The translations under genes were made by a program, and so were the position numbers. From assembly GCA_002269645.1 (NCBI GenBank), contig NIVC01000342.1:124001-188000 (forward strand): a DNA stretch of 64,000 nucleotides, given 5' to 3'. Source of the DNA: Macrostomum lignano (taxonomy: Eukaryota). Below are positions 39,090 to 49,500 of the stretch, piece after piece. The first letter of the stretch is position 1. Every line of letters begins with the position of its first letter. The notes under the pieces were generated by a model, which was given only the letters and a program-made list of their open reading frames with translations, did no database searches and was not told the origin of the DNA.

Positions 39090-39200
39090 ATGGTACGAGT
39101 ATGGTTCTACATGACCGAAGCCGAGACTGAGAAATGCAACATGTGCGGTGAGCGTTTTCATTTCAAGAGTAGTGTCGGGATATTAAACAAGCATGGGACT
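39090..39200 (+). pseudogene. Degenerate BED zinc finger, probable hAT transposase relic
   Basis: VWFYMTEAETEKCNMCGERFHFKSSVGILNKH fits the BED pattern W..aromatic...CxxC...L.xH; no downstream transposase ORF. Confidence 0.45.
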
Positions 39201-39637
39201 GATCTTAAGAGTATCAAAGTACAACAGTGGTTATCTGGCAAAAATAATTATAACTTCAGCACAAGCCCAATTGGCTGGCCAAACGCTTTCCAGCGTCTCT
39301 GACGTTTTGAGAAACCAAGCTCAGTCTCAGCCTCGACATCGATTTGATCAGATGCAGCTTCGCCGGAGACTTTGTGGCGCTTCTGCACCCGGAGATCGGC
39401 ATCTGCATTTGGTTTCTAAAGGAGCCGTTCAAAAAGAACCAGGCCTATAGAGGAATAGGAAAAGCTAAGTGAATAAACATATTTTTCTATGTCACGCGAG
39501 TTCAACTAAAATCTCATGCGCAAGCAGAATACTCAAAGTGATTTTTCTGTACCAATATCAACCCCCAGGACAGTTGCATTCGAGCTTGTGTCATGTATTC
39601 GATGAATTCTGCTAGAATTTCCATTATGTCTCAATAT

Positions 39638-39900
39638 CAGAAGTCGGCAAACTCCAGTCGGGGACCACATGCGGCCCGCAAAGCCACTTTATCCGGCCCT
39701 CGGGTCCTTTGAAACTTCACAATGGCAATCCGGCCCGCTCAAGGTTCGTGTCTCTTCTCAGCTCTCTTCTCTCTCCTCTTCTTTTTCCTCTCCTCTCCTC
39801 TCTCCTCTCTTCTCTTCTCTCCTCTCCCTTTTCCTCTCCCTTTTCATCTCCCTTCTCCTCTTCTCTCCTCTCCCTTTCTCTACTCTTTGTCTCCAGTGTC
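39638..39900 (+). mobile_element. hAT-Charlie-like MITE carrying a CT microsatellite
   Basis: CAGAAGTCGGCAAACT...CACATGCGGCCCGC...CAATCCGGCCCGCTCAAGGTTCGTGTCTC, then a CT-rich tract. Confidence 0.6.
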
Positions 39901-40362
39901 TCATAAATTCCTGTTCAAAAGCCGATTTTTGTGTTCTGACTGATTTCTCTACTCGTTCATGCTGATAGTTTTCGCATTATTTCGCTATTCATTTTAGCTT
40001 TATTGCCAATCTCATCCTATCTTAAAATTATCTATCCTAGAGAAATATATTCTCTAGGGTCTAGTTGTTTATTCAAGTTCAAGGACTACTAGACTATAAC
40101 GAAGTGTTCTTAGTGGTCCTTGTTCGAGTTATTGTACCCTAGCATTTAATAAGCTGTTCGCAGATAGGGCTTTTAAGTTTTCACTTCTCGCAAGCGCACA
40201 TGCAATCATACAATGTATAATTCACTTTTGGCAGACTAACCCGTCTGATTGGTTTGAAGAGACCTGTCAATCGGATTGGTCGTGGCTCACGGAACAAGAG
40301 CGGAACTTGCTGCTGAAATTAATCTCAATCTCTTCTTTGACTAGCTCGTCTACTTGGCTTTG

Positions 40363-40376
40363 GTTTCCATGACAAC
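40363..40376. promoter_or_regulatory. RFX X-box upstream of channel B
   Basis: GTTTCCATGACAAC matches the 14-bp X-box consensus (GTTxCCATGxCAAC). It lies about 150 nt 5' of the inferred ATG, near two reverse CCAAT boxes (GATTGG at about 40247 and 40275). Confidence 0.5.
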
Positions 40377-40528
40377 TTAACCACGTCTATACCTGTAGTC
40401 TGTTCCTCTCTCTGCCTCCAACGGTAATTGTCTCGATTAAACCTGACTTTTATAACCAGCCATCGAGCGCGTTCGCAGTTGTGGTCTGAACAGGGGCAAA
40501 AGCAGCAGGGCTCTGCTCAACAGCGCAC

Positions 40529-43500
40529 ATGGCTTTTCATGAGAAGGTAGGCAAAATGCATTTCACTTATGTTTTATATTGAATAGCTTGGCTACTCCAT
40601 GGTTTTTGTTCGGCTACTGAAAGCTTCTATATGACTCAGAGCCTTTTGTATTTTACTGTCAATAACTGATTGTGAAAATCTTTATGCCAAAGTTGCTTCA
40701 TTTGGCAGTCAGCTAAAAAAATTGCCGCGGTAATTCGCCTTTGGTATCATCAATACGGGAGAAAACAAAAAAAAACAACAACAAAGTACGCAGCCCTGCA
40801 TGTAAGGTCACAGTTAGAGCAGGGCGTGTCAGATGGCGCGCCGCAGAGCCTGAGAGCAGACGAAGTCGGGCGCCCGGCGTCGCATAGGAGGCAGTCCACT
40901 TATCAACGGGTTCGGGCCTGACCCCGCCTGAACGGCCCTAGCAAGGTGAGCAGCAGAACGTCCTGAACAGGTTGGGGACAGTAGCCCTTGGCCCGGATCA
41001 CGTAGCCTGCCGGTTGAAGTCGCCGCCGGCGCAGGATGATGGACGGGCGCTGCAGCTTGCCCCGATCGTACAGGGCCTCGGTCCCGACGCTCTCAACAGC
41101 TTGAAAGGCCGCACGGAGAGCAGCCCTGAGTGCGCCGAGTCCAGCTGCCGCTCCAGCGTAGCCGTCAGCGTCCACGTCTCGGCGTTGTATAGCAGGACGG
41201 TTTCGACCACCGCCTGCCACAGCCGAGCCCTCTGGCGGTCGGGCAGCGCTTCGGACTGGAGGTTAACATCGGCCCACGGTTTAGGCAGGCTGGACTCCCA
41301 GAGTAGAGTAGCTGGTCGAACTATTTGGATTGTCTTCCTCCTGGGAACGAATGGGAGAAAAAACGGCTTATCGTTCCCACTGTATAAGTAGATTAGATAT
41401 TTGCGTAATATAATTTCCTCAGACTGTTCAGCTGGCAAAGAAACTCTCGAGACAGAATGTGTACAAAGAATTTTAGTGGCTTTGTCAAGCAGCTTGTAGA
41501 GGCCATTATCACTGCTAATACACCCTTGAATAATGGACCTAACATTCTACTAGACAAAAGGTAGGATATTTTTTTACACTCTGACTAAATATTGACCAAG
41601 CAAACAGAGCTTCCACCAGTGCACTAACTGCTTTCTGTGGGCTGGGTTTCTTAAAAGAAAATGAGTTCCTTTTGAAATCTTAGCAGCAATTTAGGCCGCT
41701 ATTCAGGCAGTCGTCAAGAGTCGTCAGGCTCGATTCCAAGTGCAGTCACATTAATTTGGGGCTGAATTGGAATCTCGGCTTGGCTCTGCTCGTGCAATTA
41801 ACGGCCTTGAGGGCCAAACTCCAAGGCACAGTAAATGTACATGTTTATCGATAAATAAAAGTTATGGCCGATGTACACTCCTGTGTGAGTGTGTGCCTGT
41901 GCGTATGATTGCCAATGTATCCGCGCGCTTGTGTGCCTGCTTAGGGGAGTCGGTGGAATGGGCAGCAATGCCTCTCGCCGGTTGTGTGACAATGTCGCTT
42001 AAAGTGCGCCAGGGTGCTCACAGCCTCTTGCCTTTGATAGAATAAAAATACACAGATACGCTCGTAGTTCAGTAAAGGCAATGCTCAACTTTCAATAGCA
42101 CTGCCAATCAAACTGTTGGGATTCAACTTGGCAGGTTTCGGTCGACGAGGTTCAATCATTTTCTACAGATGATGCCGCCCAAACTCCTGCTGAGGGGAGT
42201 TCAGCTGCGAGGGGAGGCGCTGCCATCCTGTCGGCTTCCTTCTGGAATTTTTTCAGCTACACATCCGCCCACGGTTTAAGCAGGCTGGAGTCTCAGAGTA
42301 GAGCCGCTGGTCGAACTATCTGGATTGTCTTCCTCCTGGGAGCATATGGCGGCTTCTGCTATCACCTTTACACTCTGATTGATAGGTGCGGATTTAGACT
42401 TAATTTTAAATTTATTTACTAAATTTGCACCGAAAAGTACTTACTCTCGAACGATCTACACCCAGATACTCGAGCACGCCACTGCTGACGAGTCTGACCA
42501 CATCGTTGCCCTACCAGTTCCCGGACGTGTACATTTGCCCGGCGAACATCCTGTCAATGAGCAAGCTCAGCAGCAGGTTTAGCGCTACTTGGGACAGACC
42601 GAGGCTGCGTGGACTAAAAAAAGAGTGCAATCTGACTTGCCAGATTCATTTGAGCAAATTCGACATCACCAGGGGAGAAGACGAAGTGTCGCTGAGCTCG
42701 CCAACTCTGGCCCTGGACGATGCGGCCAACACTGCCGAACAGTCTATCATCGCCTGGTTTCAGCGGAAAGCCTTCGGTAGAGTGAAATGCATTGATCGTG
42801 CAATCACAGAATAAGTATTTTGACTCTAGGCCAAGCCAACTATAATATCGATTTGCACAACTCTTCGAGCGAACAAATTTTCGGTCCAAATCCTGTGAAA
42901 GTCATAAATTTACAACGGAAATAACATTTTAATGGATTAAAAAATGTTATGGATTGCAAATCTAAGCCTTGAGAATTCGACTCAGATTCCTTAATTATGT
43001 TCATCCATCCTCGGAAAAGTATTTTAAATGATTGAAAGAATTTCGCTTCGAATGGAGCTTTATGAGTATATTCTGTAGCACAGACCGGGGGGGGGGTCAA
43101 AGTCTCAGGGAGGAACGGAAGTCGGAAAAGTGGCTCTAGAACCCTACACTTTAGCGTGCTAAGGTTTGGTAACCTTTCGCATCGATGCTCATACCATTTC
43201 CAGATCAGTTTTCCACTTGCCGTTTCACCATCGGCGGAGGCGAGTACAGTGGAAACAGAAGCGCGGTGCCTCTGTACACCGACAGCGTTCAAGTGAGGCC
43301 GCAATCGAGCAGTGCGCCCGCACAGCCGTACACGTTCGAGACCCCGTGTCTGGCCTGGAACCGGGCTGCGGACAGCCTTAAATCCAAGGGCTTGAACTCC
43401 TTGGCTGATAGGATCCTGGCGCTAAACTACTCTGATGGCGACGCGCGGTGTCGCCAAGCGAAAGGACTAACAATGAAAGATATCAATCCGTATGCCACAG

Positions 43501-46500
43501 GTACGATATTAAAAACTCACAGTTTAATTTGCTAGAGTCTATTCATGACTAGCCATTATTGGGTAAAATAGTAAAAAATGAGATGGTGTAGCAATGCTAA
43601 TTGCACTGAATCTATACGTGACGAGGTACACTCAATGGAACAGGCCTGGTTCGCTCTCACTAGGGGGGTTGTAGCCTAGAGGTTAGAGCGTCGGACTCAC
43701 GACTTGAAGATCGGTCGGGGGTTCGATTCCTGCTCCCACTGGAGCAATTTGTGTCCTTGAGCAAGACACTTAACTCTGAATTGCTTTAGTTCACATAGCT
43801 GTAAAATGGGTGCCAGCATTAGCTGGGGTAATTGATGGTGTGGGTGGCGACCCCCCAGTCCTCGTACGCAGCCTTCAGATGCGCCGCGCAATAGCTGCGG
43901 CTGAGCTGTCGGTTGCACATCTGGCCCGATTGGGGCAGGTGTAATAAATAATTATTATGATCGCTCGCAAATTTTGTAAAATCTATAGGAGATTTTCGAA
44001 GCTGTATTCTAAGAGGTATCTTGATGACCGCGTTTAATTTTTTTTACAAATTTGTAAATACAGATTTTTGCTTATTATTTTCATACTTGATCCCATTAAG
44101 TGCCACTGAAATTGGAGTCCGGCTGCTTCAGAGAGAGTGAGAGTAGAAAGCACTTCACCTACAGCTGTTTCGCCCTGACCATCACGCTGCTGACAGTCGA
44201 CGTGTGCTTGGAGTGCTGTTACAACCGAAACTTCACCCACATGGCACTCAGAAGGTCATCCTGCTATTGCGGTAGCGAGCCCGTGTCTGAAGGAATCGAT
44301 GACGACTTCTGCGATTCGCCCTGTCCGGGAGACTTCAACCAATGGTGCGGGGGAGAGGCCTCAGTCAGCGTCTACAAAGTTAGAAACGTTGGTATGAACA
44401 AATCTATTTCAAGTATTTATTCTCGATCGATATTTTGATCAATTTTAGTTTGACTCTAATAACCTTTGGTAAGTTTTTGCCACTTCAGTCAGCTTTGAGA
44501 GTTTGAGTATTTTCAACTGTTTTACTTGGGTTCAGCTGCACCGATGAACAAGGAATCTTTAACTATCGATTAGGTGACACTCTTACCCCCTATCTGCCAA
44601 TGCGTCTGCATCGACCCACCTCCAGTCATCTGCACCAACCCCCCGCCGTCTGCACCTACCCCCAGCCGTCTGCATCGACCCCCCAGCCCCCCCAACCGTC
44701 TGCACCAACCCCCCAGCCGTCTGCACCTACCCCCCAGCCGTCTGCCCCAGCCGTCTGCACCAACCCCCAACCATCTGCCCCCCCAGCCATCTACGCCAAC
44801 CCCCAGCCGTCTGCACCAACCCCCAACCATCTGCCCCCCCAGCCATCTACGCCAACCCCCAGCCGTCTGCACCAACCCCTCAGCTGTCTGCCCCCCAGCC
44901 ATCTACGCCAACCCCCAGCCGTCTGCACCAACCCCTCAGCCGTCTGCCCCCAGCCATCTACGCCAACCCCCCAGCCGTCTGCACCAACCCCTCAGCTGTC
45001 TGCCCCCCAGCCATCTACGCCAACCCCCAGCCGTCTGCACCAACCCCTCAGCCGTCTGCCCCCAGCCATCTACGCCAACCCCCAGCCGTCTGCACCAACC
45101 CCTCAGCCGTCTGCCCCCCAGCCATCTACGCCAACCCCCCAGCCGTCTGCACCAACCCCCAACCATCTGCCCCCCCAGCCATCTACGCCAACCCCCAGCC
45201 GTCTACACCAACCCCTCAGCTGTCTGCCCCCCAGCCATCTACGCCAACCCCCCAGCCGTCTGCACCAACCCCTCAGCCGTCTGCCCACCAGCCATCTACG
45301 CCAACCCCCCAGCCGTCTGCGCAACCCTCACCAGCTGCATCCATCTCCCCATTTCTTCTGCCCTGGCCCGTTGCGTGCCAAATTATGATTGTTTGCGTTT
45401 TTATGCACTGTTTACCCCCTTGTCTCTAAGAGCTTAGTCCCTGCGTTTTACCGACAAATACTAACAGGCGTTGGGTAACCTTTGTAGCCAATCTTTGGTG
45501 AGTATACCCGACCATGGGAATTCCCCGCAATGCTCCATTATAGCAAAAAACAGGATAAGGTGATTCTTGTTTTGAATAACTGATTCCGTTGTTCTGATTA
45601 TCAGTTGAAGCACTTAAATCAGACTTTTCATACGGCTTAATAAAATTCCTTTCTAAAACTAACTTGTAATTCTAATTTGAACCCAGCCTGGGAGGACACG
45701 AAAATCTTCGTGCCGTACGGAAGCAAGATGACTCGCTTCCTGGAGGGACCGATCTGCTTCTATGAGGACCCAGCACGTGGCCTCTCCGTATCGCCTTGCA
45801 ATATTCCGTTCTGTCGTGAGTAGCCTTGTCTTGCCTCGATTTAAACAGAAAGTACAATATCAAGGTCCACTAGTGCTAGTTCGTTGTACTACTAATCGCT
45901 CGATAGACTATTAATCTACAGTTAACCTCCAAAAACACATTATTCAATTTTTTATTGTCTACGGTCTGGTCTCATATATCGTGACTCAAAAAGGAGCCAA
46001 TTATATGATATATCAAAGCTGAAAACGAGGCCAATTATATGAACCCTATTCCCTCTGTATGAACCAAACAGGTTGCAACAAATTGCAACAAATTGGGAGC
46101 GTTGAATCAAACAAAAAACCGTGCATTTTAAGTCGTAAAACATAGTTTAACATCTCGAATGAAAACTGGGAGTAAGTAGGAATAGGAATAAAGACAATCG
46201 GAATAGTCATAGTCATAGCAGTTGGGTCATAGCAACAAGCCAGCAAAAAATCATTCCCAAGTAATGATGACAGTCTCTCCATTAGCGCATAAGTTAACCC
46301 GAAGGTCCTCAAACGGGATTTTCACAGTGTTAGTCTCACCGTTGACCGCCATGCGCATCCTCTTCTTTGCGGAAACACTGATCCTCTCAGAAAGGAGATT
46401 CAATGTAGGCTCAACGGACGCCACGGGTCCTCCTGCGTGCAGTGCGCAGGTCATACGCCAAGTCTTCCTCCAAGTTTAAGTTGAAGTTGCAACCCTCACT

Positions 46501-49500
46501 GATTCTATTTGTTTGTCTGTCTCTGTTTCTCACTGTCACTTCTCACTGTCTCTACTCAAAATTTTACTGTCTATGGTAAATATAGGGGGACTGCGCCCCC
46601 CCCATACCCCCGCTTACATGTATGTGGGGGTTCCGATATCTGTAGATTAGGTACAATCTTTGTCTGTTCTTTTGGTGTTTTTTTGGTGCTCTTCAGGTTT
46701 TTTAACCTTATAAATATTGACCATAGATACTCTAGAATTCAATAATTTTTCTATGGTTAAAAACGTCACTAATACCAATTATGGCGGTGAAATTTCCCAG
46801 CTGCGCCTCCAGAGTACGACTGTACAGCGAGCGGCGCTAGCGACGACACAGAGGTTCTGGAAGCGGCCCGCTACAGCGGTTGCCTGAATGTCACGGCCTC
46901 CGGTCGAGCCTGCCTGATCTGGGCGGATACAAAACGGCGGGTGGAGAACGGCTCGATGCGACTACCGGAGATTCACCACGACTGGGACTCGATGTTTTCC
47001 AGTTGGTTACATTCTGATCTGCAATTTCCCTTTCAGAATCGAAATATGGATTGCAATGCAAGAAATAGAAATATTACTCTGGCTACCACAATTTGACTGC
47101 CAAAAATTCAGGTTACACTACGTTTCTAATTTTGATTAAGGTTTGGGATATGTTTGTCACTAAAGTGACTTCCAGCAGCTCCCAAAGACTGCTCTCAAGA
47201 TTCTTAGAATTAAAAATGTAAAGCGGAACATCCTGTATGAATTTAACCTACTTTGAAAGTTCATTGGGAGCGATCGAATCCGTTTGAGGAGTAGGCTAAT
47301 TTCTTCTTCACAAATAGCAGAAGTACCACTTCAAAGCATTATTTAACTGGGTCTGCAACCTCAAGTTCAGTGTAAACAATTTTGAGTCAGTGAATTGAAG
47401 TTTATTCAAGTCAAAATTTCTGATGTTGAATCAGCAAACAAAAATTCTGTTTCAGCAAACAAAGATTCACTCGATGTCACGGGTAAACGATGGTTTTTAT
47501 TTGTAGTACATTTCCATTAACGGTATACGTCGGCCAAACGTCGGTGGGATGTATTTCGAGTACGAGCTACTCTACGTCACTGCGTGCTCACTTGCAAACT
47601 TTCAGACAAATCAATAGTGCAACTGATTCTGCAAACTCCGGACTACGAACTCAGCAATGAGTCCAATTACTGCAGGGCTGTTCACGCCATGGCGGACACC
47701 TTGTATCAGTTGGCGCCAGGCAACAATGGCTCAAATGCTTACGTGTTCGTGATGATTTACCTTTCAGTTAGCTTATTAGCTAATAGGAGCCGAACCACAC
47801 CTCCCAGTCCTTTCGATAGGAGCCGAACCACACCTCCCAGTCCTTTCGATAGGAGCCAAACCACACCTCCCCATGCAGTCCTTTCGATAGGAGCCGAACC
47901 ACACTTCCCAGTCCTTTCGATAGGAGCCGAACCACACTTCCCAGTCCTTTCGATAGGAGCCGAACCACACCTCCCAGTCCTTTCGATAGGAGCCGAACCA
48001 CACTTCCCAGTCCTTTCGATAGGAGCCGAACCACACCTCCCCATGCAGTCCTTTCGATAGGAGCCGAACCACACCTCCTATACAGTCCTTTCGATAGGAC
48101 CGAACCACACCCCCAGTCCTTTCGATAGGAGCCAAACCACACCTCCCAGTCCTTTCGATAGGAGCCAAACCACGCCTCCCAGTCCTTTATATAAAGCCAA
48201 ATCTCGCCATTTATTCAATATATCTGATATTACTTTGTCCCCAATGGTAAGTGTGAAATCCAAACTCGACTATTTCAGTCGCGAAACAGTGGCCAAATCT
48301 ACAGAACCGGGCTGCTTCTATTTAAACGAAGCCGAAAATACCATCCTATTTGAAGCTTGTACGGTGAAGCCGTGCTGTGAGTGAGCTGCATTTATTCATT
48401 GATGCAATAGAAATAGCACATTGGTCCTTCAATTAGCAACTTGACTTTGGCTTCATTTGGGTGAATTCATCGATCCTATAAAACCCAACCGACCGGCTCC
48501 CAGACAAGGCCAGTCCAGCCGTGACGGGATCGGTGCGCGCTCGAGTTGGTAGCGCTCCGCTGGCCCGACAGTTCGGTGTCGACCTGGCCGACGGCCTGAT
48601 CAAGTGCGAGTTTAACGGCCAGTCGTGCGGTCCAGCGAATTTCCAGTCGGTACTGCAGCCAGAACTGGGCGTCTGCCAGCGACTGTTGAAGGAGCCACTG
48701 CTACGTGGCCTCAGCTCAAGTGAAGTGGCCGATGTTATCTTTCAAGTGCAACTGTTCAGCGATGCTACTGATTCGTTTGGCGGAGTTTACCGCCAGGCCA
48801 ACAAGTTGGCCAATGTTGTGCTAGGCGGTGGTGGCAGCGGAAGTTCTGCGATAAAGGTGGCTTTCGCTTCTTGATAAGTAGAATGAAAAACATGACCATT
48901 GCTTGCGCCAAACCTAAAGACAACACGAAATCGATACGCTTGACAAGTCAGGGCCGTTGTACACCCTTTGCGAATGCTTGGACTACTTGGATTGCGTCCT
49001 GGTTGTTCACGTCTCCCTGAATTTGATTAATATATACCATCCGCTCCCTCACACTGTTAGGTGATCGCGGTCCCGGAAGGCACATTCCCTTGGGCAGCGA
49101 ACGCTCTGGAGGTCATGCCTGCGCAGCACACCAAGCTGAAACTGCGATACGATAGAACTGTCAGGTACTCAAAGCCACCAGTCAGAGAGTGCCTTCGTGA
49201 AGTTATGCCAGTAACGTATATGCTTGACCCCTGGACACCTGCCAGCCTCAGCGACGAAGTACTGTGAGTACCCAGTCCAAGTGGGTCTAGATTCTGGACA
49301 CTGGTGCGCCCCACTTACAAATATTGGATACACTAATGCACTAACGCATCCCTCCTGCATTGTCAATTATCAACCATGCCGGATTTTACATCAGGCACTT
49401 TTTTAAATCAATACGTACCCGAACTCCATCAGCGACCGGATGGACTCGCTGTTTACCGGACCAATTGAGGCCTCGAATTGGACTATCAAGACAGATATTA

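Larger units (their letters stand above)
43204..45815 (+). other. Kringle domain 1 of channel B, split by WSC exon 44101-44391
   Basis: TCRFTIGGGEYSG...TPCLAW...ARCRQA | GCFRES...VCLECC...CYCG...CDSPCPG...WCGGEASVSVY | GPICFY...PCNIPFC. Confidence 0.82.

Noticed and set aside
40930-40952. Strong donor CAAG|GTGAGC as first exon of channel B
   Set aside because: All three frames have stops just upstream, and it lies in an antisense LINE fragment.
43663-43740. tRNA gene
   Set aside because: A and B boxes are present but there is no convincing cloverleaf, and it continues into a CORE-like body: a SINE head. The same applies at 31573 and 62109.
44574-45437. Pro-rich extensin-like ORFs
   Set aside because: Translation of a C-rich minisatellite inside intron 44392-45686 of channel B.
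46251-46454. Minus-strand 67-aa ORF in a channel B intron
   Set aside because: No recognisable motif or splice context.
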